From the sequence record MT995927.1: DNA of 64,000 nucleotides. One strand, 5' to 3'. The notes beneath the pieces were generated by a model that was not told where the DNA came from, ran no database searches, and saw nothing but the letters and a program-made list of their open reading frames with translations. Positions 24,263 through 35,021 of this stretch are shown piece after piece. How positions within the stretch are numbered: position 1 is the stretch's first letter; every line of letters begins with the position of its first letter. The translations under genes and the position numbers were made by a program.

Positions 24263-26578
24263 ATGGCCCACGGTGAAACTGGGTTATATCCATTCGACCC
24301 CAATGGAACAAATCCCCAGAACTTTATTAAAGGTGAGCGCCAAACTCTCCAGGTACCAGATGGTGATGATTATTATTTCATTATACCATTTGCTGCACCT
24401 TTCTTTGTAGATTCATTACGACTATTTAACCCACTGACCAATCAGACTTATGTAGAAGGTGTTGATTACCTTATTGGGCATTGGTTTATTGAAGCTATGG
24501 AATCGATAGGTAGACCTATCGCTGGATCTATACGTATCATGAAGCGTTCGATAAACGCTATGATTGGTATGGATTATCGTACAATAGGTGGGCAATGGGG
24601 ATTTAGTAATCAGCAGATCCTGGCTGAGCTTGCACGCAAACAGTATAACCCCTTGATTCGGTCATGGGGTGCAATTGGTCCATTACCTGCTTCTTTCCCA
24701 CCTTTAGAACACAATCAACCTATTGATTCATTAGTAGGTAGTAAAGAGATTCTTGAAGGTATCGAAGGGATTATAGAAGCTATCCGTGCTGCGGCTGCCG
24801 GTACAACTGACCAACATATTCGTGATTATAATAACCCACACAGGGTAACTAAAGCACAAGTTGGCTTGTCACTAGTTCCAAACTACGCAATGGCAAGTGA
24901 TCAACAGCATTTAGATGCTAATCGTAATGATCTATTTACGAACCCACGTGGTACATTAGCATTAGTTAATAAGTTTGCCGTAAATCCGCTTAATGCCCAC
25001 ATAGCGGCTAGGGGTAACGTACACGGTCTAACAGCAGCTGATATTAATTTAGGTAATGTTCCTAACTACCCAGCTGCAACACCAACTACTGCGGTAGACG
25101 TAACTAATGATTCGGTATTATTAACACCTTATACTGCATCTATTCTCTATAGTCAGATTGGTGATGCTTCTAGAATTAATGAACTAGAAGAGAAACTTAA
25201 TCAACATATTAGTAATGAAAATAACCCACACGTTGTAACTGCCGACCAGGTTAATGCATATACTAAAACACAAGTTGATCAACTACTGGCAGGACTAGGT
25301 GGTGGTGATGCTTCTACCTTTGGTGGATTAACACCTGAGCAATGGAAAGATGAATTCCCATCATTCGGTGATATTGAAAGGATGGCAGCCGGCTATAACG
25401 CTAACTGGGATGATGTACAATTAAAGATAGATACATTACCAGTTATTGTGGATGATACTAGTGAATATGACCGAATGGAATTAATTCAAGGTGTCACGGC
25501 AGGTTTCCATGCTTATGCTGGATTTAATAGTTGGTGGGATTGTACAATTGTCAGAGATGACTGTGTAGTTCATCCTAAATCGCCAGCTAACCCTTATGCT
25601 GTTATACCAGAGCGTTTAGGATATGCTCAGGAATCCTGGGTATCTCACCGATATGGTCAGTATTGGGTAGAGAATGGTGTAGCCAAGTCAGCATGTATCG
25701 ATGAAACTAAAGTCGATGAGATGATACCAATTCCAGTAGAATGGACTGCACCTATAGATGGAAATATTCCTTCAAGTATCTGGGCGAATAAAACATCTCT
25801 GTATATGTTAACAGGTAAGTTCATCTTTAGTTCAACAGGTGAATCAGCAATCTTTGAGCACCAAGATCTTTATCGTTGTGTTAAAGGTGGTACATCTGAA
25901 CTATTAGTACCTGCTGCTAATAAACCATGGGCTATATTTACCAATACTGAAGACACCTATCCTGGTGAAATGACAGTTGTTGTAAACATAGGTCCAGCTA
26001 GCAGTGCTGACTATGTATATACAGCTTATGGTATCCCAAGCTTCATTAGTGCTTTTAATGATTTTGTTAACAACACAATTAAACCATTGAATCATGTTAT
26101 TGATTCAATGTCAATTGGTTGCACCCACATCATCATGCATTCAATAGATCCATTAGTTGCTCCTGAAGATTATACATCTGAATCTAGTAAAGTACATGTC
26201 ATGGAAATCATCCGCAATGGTAATGATACATCCTTTATGGTTATCTCGCCATTATGGTTTGATGGACGTGGTAACGATGTAACTGCTAATGTAAATAGTA
26301 ACCCAATTGGTGGTGTATCAGGATTGTACACACATTACACAGTGATGTATGGTGATGGCCAAATCGCTTTCTTCGGAAATAACGATAATGGACAATGTGA
26401 CGTAGATGACCATGCTGGACCATATATTCAATTGGCAGCAGGGCATAATTTCACTGTGACAGTAAATACTTTGAATCAAGTCATGTTCTGGGGAGATTCA
26501 CCTGATAACTCCTTATTATGGAATGGCAGGGGTACACGTGTGAAACATATTGAACCAACTCCACCCACTGGTCCATAA
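24263..26578 (+). CDS. Baseplate/fibre protein with C-terminal beta-propeller (gp131-like)
   Basis: 771 aa; three NPHxVT repeats; C-terminal GNNDNGQ...IQLAAGHNFT blade motif. Confidence 0.8.
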   Translation: MAHGETGLYPFDPNGTNPQNFIKGERQTLQVPDGDDYYFIIPFAAPFFVDSLRLFNPLTNQTYVEGVDYLIGHWFIEAMESIGRPIAGSIRIMKRSINAMIGMDYRTIGGQWGFSNQQILAELARKQYNPLIRSWGAIGPLPASFPPLEHNQPIDSLVGSKEILEGIEGIIEAIRAAAAGTTDQHIRDYNNPHRVTKAQVGLSLVPNYAMASDQQHLDANRNDLFTNPRGTLALVNKFAVNPLNAHIAARGNVHGLTAADINLGNVPNYPAATPTTAVDVTNDSVLLTPYTASILYSQIGDASRINELEEKLNQHISNENNPHVVTADQVNAYTKTQVDQLLAGLGGGDASTFGGLTPEQWKDEFPSFGDIERMAAGYNANWDDVQLKIDTLPVIVDDTSEYDRMELIQGVTAGFHAYAGFNSWWDCTIVRDDCVVHPKSPANPYAVIPERLGYAQESWVSHRYGQYWVENGVAKSACIDETKVDEMIPIPVEWTAPIDGNIPSSIWANKTSLYMLTGKFIFSSTGESAIFEHQDLYRCVKGGTSELLVPAANKPWAIFTNTEDTYPGEMTVVVNIGPASSADYVYTAYGIPSFISAFNDFVNNTIKPLNHVIDSMSIGCTHIIMHSIDPLVAPEDYTSESSKVHVMEIIRNGNDTSFMVISPLWFDGRGNDVTANVNSNPIGGVSGLYTHYTVMYGDGQIAFFGNNDNGQCDVDDHAGPYIQLAAGHNFTVTVNTLNQVMFWGDSPDNSLLWNGRGTRVKHIEPTPPTGP

Positions 26579-26590
26579 GAGGATTTAAAA

Positions 26591-26923
26591 ATGGCAGAAG
26601 TTACACGTCAAGAGATGGATGCTCAAATAAATGCTTCTATTAGTAATCAAGGCTTATTTACTAAGGCAGTCCTTAATAAATTCATAGCCGTTATTAATAG
26701 GATCAATGGGCATATTGCAGCTAGAGGTAACCCACATAATCTGCAACCATCGGATATTGGTCTTGGTAATGTGGCTAACTATCGTCCAGCTACTAAGAAG
26801 CGTGCACAAGAAGGTTTCAATAACACTACGTACATGACTCCTAAACGGACAGATGATTATAATCGAGTGCACATATACGGTCCACTTGCGAAATTATTTA
26901 ATGACGCAGCAGACCGTCTATAA
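26591..26923 (+). CDS. Short fibre-family protein (gp132-like)
   Basis: HIAARGNPHNLQPSDIGLGNVANY repeat as in the gp131-like protein. Confidence 0.75.
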   Translation: MAEVTRQEMDAQINASISNQGLFTKAVLNKFIAVINRINGHIAARGNPHNLQPSDIGLGNVANYRPATKKRAQEGFNNTTYMTPKRTDDYNRVHIYGPLAKLFNDAADRL

Positions 26924-26940
26924 ACATCTGACCCGGCATA

Positions 26941-26967
26941 AGAGACACAGCCAAAAGCTGTGTCTCT
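26941..26967 (+). terminator. Intrinsic terminator
   Basis: AGAGACACAGC-CAAAA-GCTGTGTCTCT followed by TTTT. Confidence 0.8.
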
Positions 26968-26997
26968 TTTTGCTGTTTCAGTTAAAAGGTATTTCTT

Positions 26998-28386
26998 ATG
27001 TATAATCCTATTTTACAATTACCATTTGATCCATTAGGTACAAATCCAGATTGTTTCATTGGTAGCGAGCCTCATACTCTAGTTCAGTATCAGGGATTCG
27101 ACTATAGAATCATCAAGTTATATCATGGTGGATTCTATACAAAAGGGTTAGAAGTTTATGATGGTAAATATAATCGTTTAGTTAAAGATATTGATTATAT
27201 TGTTACTTATTATCACAAAGATGCTAGTGCGTATGTCGGTCAAGAAATATGTTCAGCAATTGTTTTCTTAAAAACACCTAGTACACCAATAGTGTATACT
27301 TCAGCTCACATGGTAGGCGGTGATCTAGCGTTTAGTTTCACAGTTATCGACGATTATATTAACTGGTGGAAAACAAATGGTAAGCCAAAGCCAAAAGATC
27401 TCGACTACACTGGTAACGAACCATATTGGAAAGACGGTGAGTTAGTTGGCGAACGATGGCATCTTGATACGTATCAGCCTTATAATAACGAGATGGAGTG
27501 GATAACACAGGCACTCATGGCTGGTGATACAAGCGGTGAAGATGAATACCGTAGTAAAGTTAAAGAGATTTATGATGAGTTCTTAAAGAAATTTAATGAT
27601 CGCCTAGAAAAACATATTCAAGATAAAGCTAATCCACACAAGATTACCCCAACTAATGTTGAACTAGGTTTAGTTAATAACTTTCCATTGGCTACTCCAG
27701 CCATTGCTCAACTAGGTCAATCTAATGCACATTATCTAACACCGCAGTTAGCATATGGCGTATTAGATGAAATAGCTATAAAACCACTTAATGCCCACAT
27801 AGCTCGCCGTGATAATCCACATAAAGTCAAAAATACGCATGTACAGTCGTATTTGAAAAGTGATTTTGATTCACGAATTACTGGTAAATATTTAAAGACT
27901 GATACAGTAGCTAATACTAATATGGTTTATTATAAACCTAAAGGGCAACCAACTGCTACTTTAATGGGTTATAGCGATCTTATTTGGTGGATGCGTAAGA
28001 ACTTTGACACAGACGTGAACTTTACAGCTGGCGATGGCCAGAGTAATGTCATCAATATAAATCGGATTGGTTCCGGGGCAATGGGACAATGGAAAGCACC
28101 ACTCCGTGGTAATGGTATTTTTACACACTTTGATCAATTAGCCACAGAGTATTCATATCCGGTTAAGTTAAAGTTTTATGCACTAGGATTACAACCATCC
28201 GTGCAAGCAGCATTAGATTTCTGTAGAACTAACTTCACTAATCCAGATGCATGGCCTATTGGATCTACTGTATTCTTCACTATTAAAGAACAGAAAATCC
28301 AGGCAGCTGGTAACGGATTGATTTTCGTTGATTATACTCCTAACTACGTGTGTTTCCGTTCACAAGGTGGCTGGGTAATTCCATAA
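26998..28386 (+). CDS. Tail fibre paralog (gp133-like)
   Basis: N-terminal LPFDPLG domain plus NPH repeats. Confidence 0.8.
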   Translation: MYNPILQLPFDPLGTNPDCFIGSEPHTLVQYQGFDYRIIKLYHGGFYTKGLEVYDGKYNRLVKDIDYIVTYYHKDASAYVGQEICSAIVFLKTPSTPIVYTSAHMVGGDLAFSFTVIDDYINWWKTNGKPKPKDLDYTGNEPYWKDGELVGERWHLDTYQPYNNEMEWITQALMAGDTSGEDEYRSKVKEIYDEFLKKFNDRLEKHIQDKANPHKITPTNVELGLVNNFPLATPAIAQLGQSNAHYLTPQLAYGVLDEIAIKPLNAHIARRDNPHKVKNTHVQSYLKSDFDSRITGKYLKTDTVANTNMVYYKPKGQPTATLMGYSDLIWWMRKNFDTDVNFTAGDGQSNVININRIGSGAMGQWKAPLRGNGIFTHFDQLATEYSYPVKLKFYALGLQPSVQAALDFCRTNFTNPDAWPIGSTVFFTIKEQKIQAAGNGLIFVDYTPNYVCFRSQGGWVIP

Positions 28387-28397
28387 GGATAGTTTAG

Positions 28398-29771
28398 ATG
28401 AATCCATTACTTTTACCTCTTCCATTTGATGAAACTGGAGAGAGTTATAGTAACCGAACAAAGGGTGAATACCATTCACTAGCAAAACAGAAAGGATTCC
28501 CCTATCGCATCATCGTGATGGATAAGGGTTACTTTTACACTAAAGGAATGGTTATCAGAGATGGTAGGCAGAATGAGTTAAATCCAGAAATGGATTATCA
28601 GTGTACTGGTATTAATCCAGAAGTAATCGAGAAGACTGGACTTGAAGCGTGTTCAGTAATTGTTATTACAAAACAAGATGTCCACGAGGATATTTACATT
28701 GATGCTCAGATGTGCGGTGGTATATACTGTAACCTTGCCCCTTCCATATCTGAGCATGCTAACGCTCTTTTAAATAATACCCGTAAACCACATTGGTCTA
28801 ATATTTTAGATATTCCTGACCAATTTAAACCTAATGGACATATGCATGCCTATTGGGAACTTTATGGTTTTACGCCTAGAGTTGTTAAGTTAAAAGAAAT
28901 AACTGACTTATTAAAGAAAAGCTCATCAGACTCATATGACTCCATTTTAGATGAGTTTAAATATCAGTTAAGTCTAATAGAAGCTGATCTTAATACAATT
29001 GAAGCACGACTTACTACACACATCAATGATACCACCACTAACCCACACCAGACACGTAAAGGGCAAGTGGCATTAGGTAATGTTTATAATGCTGGCATTG
29101 CAACTGAAACACAAGCCAAACAGCCAAATGGCGCTATCATGAATGTCTATGCTACGCCATGGTCAATGAAGTTATCAGTTGATACCAATTATACAGTTCA
29201 ATATCTGGCACACGTTAATGATGTCACCACTAACCCACACAGGGTAACGGCTGAACAATTAAATACGTATACTGTTACTCAAGCTAATATTTTACTAAAT
29301 CAAAAATTAGATAAAGGTAAAACAGCCAATACGTCTAAACTTTTATTTGGTCAAGATGTTTATAGCATGGGTGAAACAGTACGTGCTAAAATGCCTTTAA
29401 GTGTATTGACGACTGGTCGACTAGCACCTGGTAGGATTGGTAATTCAGCTACCTGGCCAGGCCGTGATTGGACATTGATGCCTAATGGTCAATGGACTCA
29501 TTTCGGTTTTATATTTAATCGCTTCCAAAAAACAGGGACGATGGTCCACTGGAATAACACCAACTTTAAATCTATTCAAGAAGCAATTGCCTTCCATAAC
29601 ACATACTTCTCAGATCCTGAACAATGGTGGCCTGGTTCGTTAGCTATTTGCCATTACGATCAAGAATTCGTGATTGGACATGGTAACGGTACAACAGCTA
29701 CTTCCTATAGGAATACTTTATTCTTACGTAAAGTGGGATCAACGTGGACCAATATAGGGGAACCGGCATAA
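28398..29771 (+). CDS. Tail fibre paralog (gp134-like)
   Basis: N-terminal LPFDETG domain plus NPH repeats. Confidence 0.8.
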   Translation: MNPLLLPLPFDETGESYSNRTKGEYHSLAKQKGFPYRIIVMDKGYFYTKGMVIRDGRQNELNPEMDYQCTGINPEVIEKTGLEACSVIVITKQDVHEDIYIDAQMCGGIYCNLAPSISEHANALLNNTRKPHWSNILDIPDQFKPNGHMHAYWELYGFTPRVVKLKEITDLLKKSSSDSYDSILDEFKYQLSLIEADLNTIEARLTTHINDTTTNPHQTRKGQVALGNVYNAGIATETQAKQPNGAIMNVYATPWSMKLSVDTNYTVQYLAHVNDVTTNPHRVTAEQLNTYTVTQANILLNQKLDKGKTANTSKLLFGQDVYSMGETVRAKMPLSVLTTGRLAPGRIGNSATWPGRDWTLMPNGQWTHFGFIFNRFQKTGTMVHWNNTNFKSIQEAIAFHNTYFSDPEQWWPGSLAICHYDQEFVIGHGNGTTATSYRNTLFLRKVGSTWTNIGEPA

Positions 29772-31162
29772 TGATTACTTTTTTACCATTAGATCTAAAA
29801 GCTAAATTGGCTTCTAATTACATTGTAGATGAGGACCACACACTCATTCAAGTTGCTAATAAAACACACCGCGTACTTATGTGTACACATGGTGGTTTTT
29901 ATACAAAGGACTTTAATCTACGTGATAAGAAGACTGGCTTATCTTTAAACAAAGATCAATATAAAACAACCTATCTTTATTCACAGTTATCTGAAATGAC
30001 TGGCTTAGAAGTAATGGGTATTGTTGTAGTAACTGATCCTAAGGTTAGTCCTAATGTCCAAGTTACATATAGAGCAGTTGGTGGTTTCTTTAGTATTTCG
30101 GCATTAGAACTTAAAGCTGTTTTTGATAAACTTGAATTAGATGAATTAAGTTTCACTTGGGATGATATTATTGGTAAACCCGATGCATATCCGCCTGCAC
30201 CTCACGGCCATGAATATTGGCAGATTTATGGCACAGATACAATGGTAACTGAATTAAACCGAATAGCACACGCTTATCGGGTCGGTAGAAGTGCCATGGA
30301 TAATGCTGCCGATGATTATTATAAAGTTTATCTCACCGATGCAAAAACTGCTGTGGATGATTATAGAGATCGAGTTACAGCACACTTAACTGATTATAAT
30401 AATCCGCATGCTGATGATCGATTCAAGTTAATTCCACCGCTTGATAAGATATCTAACTGGGGTTTTGCTACTGAGGCTGAGTCAGTTAATAGAAATGTAA
30501 ATAATAAATACATGCCAATTGGTGGTATTTATCGTATTCTTAATATTGATACATTGGCTAAACTTGCAGCACATATTAAAAACTTCAATAACCCACACGT
30601 TGTCACAGCTGACCAAGTTGGATCATATACCAAACCAGTGATGGATTCTAAAATAGCTCCATTATTAGGTGTCAATGAACAAGCTGCTAATGCGACCACT
30701 ATTGGTGCTACTACTAATAGTCAGGGTTATCCAGTTACTGGAACAGGTAAGGTATATCAGAATTTCTGGAATGATGTTCGAAAAGATATTCCAGCTGAAG
30801 AAGTAACTAGTGGCGTATTTAAATGGAATGCATTAGGTAAAGGTAATGCATCAATATTAAATGACCCTGAGAGATATTATCTAGCAAGCGATGGTACTTG
30901 GCAAGACTGGGTTGAAGCTTTTAAAGAGTGGAACAAAGATAAGATTAAAGCCATTACCTTAGGTCAGGTAAATAGTGAAGCAGAAGCATTAAACACGTTA
31001 AATACGATGTTTACAGATAATACCAAATATCCTGAAGGCACTTACGCTGTTGTAGGTGTTAGAACTAATACCCCCTTTGAAGCCTATTATTACCAGCAAT
31101 ATGTAGCAGTTAGAAATAATGGTACATGGCGTTGGATGATTCGAGCTGGAGCACTTGTATAA
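29771..31162 (+). CDS. Tail fibre paralog (gp135-like)
   Basis: Start moved to ATG 29771 (TAATG coupling); LPLDL domain plus NPH repeats. Confidence 0.8.
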   Translation: MITFLPLDLKAKLASNYIVDEDHTLIQVANKTHRVLMCTHGGFYTKDFNLRDKKTGLSLNKDQYKTTYLYSQLSEMTGLEVMGIVVVTDPKVSPNVQVTYRAVGGFFSISALELKAVFDKLELDELSFTWDDIIGKPDAYPPAPHGHEYWQIYGTDTMVTELNRIAHAYRVGRSAMDNAADDYYKVYLTDAKTAVDDYRDRVTAHLTDYNNPHADDRFKLIPPLDKISNWGFATEAESVNRNVNNKYMPIGGIYRILNIDTLAKLAAHIKNFNNPHVVTADQVGSYTKPVMDSKIAPLLGVNEQAANATTIGATTNSQGYPVTGTGKVYQNFWNDVRKDIPAEEVTSGVFKWNALGKGNASILNDPERYYLASDGTWQDWVEAFKEWNKDKIKAITLGQVNSEAEALNTLNTMFTDNTKYPEGTYAVVGVRTNTPFEAYYYQQYVAVRNNGTWRWMIRAGALV

Positions 31163-31764
31163 TGAATAATCCGTTATCACTCCAAGAACTATCTTTAGCT
31201 ACTGCGCCTACTGAAGATAAAGTAAAAGTACTATTAATGTTTAACCGTACTTCTGAGGTATTCCTACAAAGCGTAGGCTATCTACCTTTAGATGCATTCG
31301 ATGCTAAGTCACGTGAGCACACCATTTTTGTTGAAGCCGAAATGGGTACTTATGATGTAGTCGTAAGTAATACACCTGGTAAACAACCTACACTTTCCGA
31401 TTGGAAGATTGTTCCTAAAGAAGAAGCGCCACAAGTGATTACTGAAGATCACTTAAATAGTAAAGTGGCCTACAAAATTACTGAACGCTATCCAGTGACT
31501 GAGCAAATTAATATCCTTGCACGTGCAATTAAACAGCTAGCTGAAAAATATGGTCAAGAGTTAGATGAACTAGAAGAAATGCTTGATTATATTGATCTTG
31601 TTAAACGAACTAATCGCGCGCATAAGGAGGCCCTAATTGAGAGCCCAGACGTTATCTATAAATCCAGGGAAGATCTCGACGCTGAGAAAGCACATCGATA
31701 TGCAGGTGGCCTGCATGAGCTTATCGGCCCACGAAAGATCGACCAAGGACGTGTTTTCAGCTGA
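31162..31764 (+). CDS. Putative tail fibre assembly chaperone (gp136-like)
   Basis: Start moved to ATG 31162 (TAATG coupling); ITERYPVTEQINIL resembles fibre-chaperone motifs; follows the fibre genes. Confidence 0.55.
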   Translation: MNNPLSLQELSLATAPTEDKVKVLLMFNRTSEVFLQSVGYLPLDAFDAKSREHTIFVEAEMGTYDVVVSNTPGKQPTLSDWKIVPKEEAPQVITEDHLNSKVAYKITERYPVTEQINILARAIKQLAEKYGQELDELEEMLDYIDLVKRTNRAHKEALIESPDVIYKSREDLDAEKAHRYAGGLHELIGPRKIDQGRVFS

Positions 31765-32197
31765 ATTTGCAGCTGACCTTGTATCTTATCTGGATACACT
31801 GGGAGATTCCTGGTGGTTTAATCGGAAAAAAATTAATAGTATCCCAACCAAAGGTATCACTGAATGTGATTATTGGTTTTTAGGTCATAACCAAATGCCA
31901 GTGGAATTACGGGAATTACTATTTCATATTGCACCTAAGGTAGAAGGTGCTTGGTTAGGCGAAGTTCTAATCAACCGATATGAAATTGGTACAGGTATGC
32001 CTGAACACATCGACCAAGCTGTTTATCGTTACAACATGGTTATTGCATTAAATGACAATGGCGATGGTATAACGATCAATGGTGAGTTTTATCAGGATGT
32101 ACCAGGTAGGGCTACTATTTTTCCAATCCGTTCAGAGCCACATGAAGTCCCTCCAGTTAAAAATAAAAGATACGTCCTTATATATCTCTACGAGTAG
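31715..32197 (+). CDS. 2OG-Fe(II) dioxygenase, AlkB-like fold (gp137-like)
   Basis: LINRYEIGTGMPEHID (HxD), distal HEV, C-terminal R in KRYVLIYLY; start moved to ATG 31715 with AGGTG RBS. Confidence 0.75.
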   Translation: MSLSAHERSTKDVFSAEFAADLVSYLDTLGDSWWFNRKKINSIPTKGITECDYWFLGHNQMPVELRELLFHIAPKVEGAWLGEVLINRYEIGTGMPEHIDQAVYRYNMVIALNDNGDGITINGEFYQDVPGRATIFPIRSEPHEVPPVKNKRYVLIYLYE

Positions 32198-32205
32198 GGT
32201 ACAAC

Positions 32206-32694
32206 ATGGCAATTAAACTTAAGACTCTATCTAAGGCAGAACTAAAAACATTAACAAAGCTTAAAGGCGAAGTTTCATTTAGAGACTCATATGGCCACCG
32301 TATGCGAGTTGGCACTAATGGCCTTAAAGCATGTAGTGTTTATAATACTTCAAAATGGTTTAATTGGACTGCTAAACAGCGTAAAGAAATTAAACCAATT
32401 TTAGGCGAAGAACTATTTAACAAAGCATTACAAGTATGGTTTTTAGATTTCCCCAAAATAGATGGATTTCTAGATGAGATGAATTATTGGGTAGATAAAC
32501 CCGAGTCCGGTACTATTCTTGCTTGGAATATTGGACCTGATGCTAAGTTCATTTTAGATGGCGAAGAACTATTAATTGGAAAAGGTGAAGGATTAGTATT
32601 TCATCTATCCCAATTACATGAAGTAAAACGTTCCCATAATGGACAATCATGGATCTGTGTAATGGTACGTGGTGCTCCTGAAAAATTTGCTTAA
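32206..32694 (+). CDS. Putative degenerate DSBH/cupin-fold protein (gp138-like)
   Basis: C-terminal GEGLVFHLSQLHEV...WICVMV parallels the preceding gene; no clear HxD. Confidence 0.55.
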   Translation: MAIKLKTLSKAELKTLTKLKGEVSFRDSYGHRMRVGTNGLKACSVYNTSKWFNWTAKQRKEIKPILGEELFNKALQVWFLDFPKIDGFLDEMNYWVDKPESGTILAWNIGPDAKFILDGEELLIGKGEGLVFHLSQLHEVKRSHNGQSWICVMVRGAPEKFA

Positions 32695-32703
32695 CAGCAT
32701 AAA

Positions 32704-32723
32704 TCCCCTCCATGTGGAGGGGA
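32704..32723 (+). terminator. Hairpin terminator
   Basis: TCCCCTCC-ATGT-GGAGGGGA. Confidence 0.7.
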
Positions 32724-32759
32724 ACTCTTACAAATTTACTCAATAGTACAGTGTACTAA

Positions 32760-33686
<927 letters not shown>

Positions 33687-33688
33687 AT

Positions 33689-34252
33689 ATGCTTAAGCTT
33701 CCAGCGAGTGATGAGCCATTTCGGGTACTAGCATTAGACCCTGGTTCACAAAACCTCGGCATAGCTATTCTGGAAGATAAGTTGGATGGAAGTAATAAGG
33801 TGGTACGTAATGCATTTACTTGCCACCTTAAAGATACAAATCCGGCATATGCTGCCATTTCCGAGGTTCATGGTAGTAGATTCACTAGAATGCAGCAAAT
33901 GAGTGATGTGGTACTAAATATACTGCATACAGAAAAGCCACATGCAGTGATTGTAGAATCTAACTATCTTGGTAAGTTTGCCCAAAGCTTCGCTGTACTT
34001 GTAGAATGTGTAACCTATGTACATAGAGCATTATACGAGTATGATAGATTTATACCTTTATACATGATTGATCCGACCACAGTTAAGATCAATGCTGGTA
34101 TGAAAAAAGTAAAGGGCACTACTAAAGACGATGTTAAAGAAGCAATGCGCTCTCGTACTGATATCACATGGAATATCGACATAGATAGTTTAGATGACCA
34201 CTCCATGGATGCTTGTGCAATAGCTTACTACTACCTTACTAGGATTGTTTAA
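33689..34252 (+). CDS. ruvC: RuvC-like Holliday junction resolvase (gp140-like)
   Basis: VLALDPGS...G.AIL, VIVES, PTTVK, DH..DA.AIA catalytic acidic motifs. Confidence 0.85.
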   Translation: MLKLPASDEPFRVLALDPGSQNLGIAILEDKLDGSNKVVRNAFTCHLKDTNPAYAAISEVHGSRFTRMQQMSDVVLNILHTEKPHAVIVESNYLGKFAQSFAVLVECVTYVHRALYEYDRFIPLYMIDPTTVKINAGMKKVKGTTKDDVKEAMRSRTDITWNIDIDSLDDHSMDACAIAYYYLTRIV

Positions 34253-34267
34253 CAATTCGAGGTAACA

Positions 34268-34774
34268 ATGTTCCTATTAGCAGGTATACGAAAAATAATT
34301 GGTAGTGTGCCATTGCATATATGGTTACTATTAGTTATTCTGATAGGTGCCTTAATTGGTATCATATATTACAAAAATAGTTATGAGACGGAACTTGTTC
34401 GCTCTACAGATTTAATTGGAAAAATTAAATCTTATGAAGCGGCAGAAAAGGTTAGGATTGAATCAGACCGTATCTCCGATAAAATTCAAGCTGAACTAAT
34501 TACTAAAAAGAAAGAGATACAAAAAGAGCAGGCGCAATCACGCACTGAGGTGATTGATGAGTACATTAGTTTATCAGGTCGTGGATATACTCCCCCTGTA
34601 TGGCCTGAGGTTAAAGCTAAAACAACTAATGGGGAAAGTACCACTACTGAGATTAAACATGAAACTGACACAAAAAAAGATAGCATTAATAAGTCTATTA
34701 ATGTTATTGCTAAACGGATGTACGAGCACTACTGTGCCGCCTCCCGTGAAAATACCAGTTGCAATCCCAAGTAG
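34268..34774 (+). CDS. Putative inner-membrane spanin (i-spanin)
   Basis: N-terminal TM helix, then a helical/coiled periplasmic region with C-terminal Cys; overlapped by a lipoprotein gene; near the endolysin. Confidence 0.65.
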   Translation: MFLLAGIRKIIGSVPLHIWLLLVILIGALIGIIYYKNSYETELVRSTDLIGKIKSYEAAEKVRIESDRISDKIQAELITKKKEIQKEQAQSRTEVIDEYISLSGRGYTPPVWPEVKAKTTNGESTTTEIKHETDTKKDSINKSINVIAKRMYEHYCAASRENTSCNPK

Positions 34775-35021
34775 TTTGCTTCTCCCTTGTGATGTAGAAG
34801 CCCCACCTACAGCTAATGAGATCATCAATGCATTAGATAGATATAAAGCTGTTGGGGTTACTGATGAGAATGAAGCACGTTTCTTACTTATGACCGAACA
34901 TTGGCTTTTACAAACTGATGCACTTGGACTATGTAATATCCAAGTAGACAAATTGCGTGAATGGAACGAACGTCAACGTAATTTGGAGAATAGTCATGAC
35001 CCTAGAGGACGTTCTGATTGA
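34659..35021 (+). CDS. Putative outer-membrane lipoprotein spanin (o-spanin)
   Basis: Start moved to ATG 34659: MKLTQKKIALISLLMLLLNG|C lipobox, Pro-rich stretch after the Cys; overlaps the i-spanin in the +1 frame. Confidence 0.7.
   Translation: MKLTQKKIALISLLMLLLNGCTSTTVPPPVKIPVAIPSSLLLPCDVEAPPTANEIINALDRYKAVGVTDENEARFLLMTEHWLLQTDALGLCNIQVDKLREWNERQRNLENSHDPRGRSD

Noticed and set aside
34671-34680. A AAA AAG slippery-type heptamer in the spanin overlap
   Set aside because: A -1 shift from the lipoprotein frame would give only a short peptide, no stimulatory structure is evident, and A runs are common at this AT content
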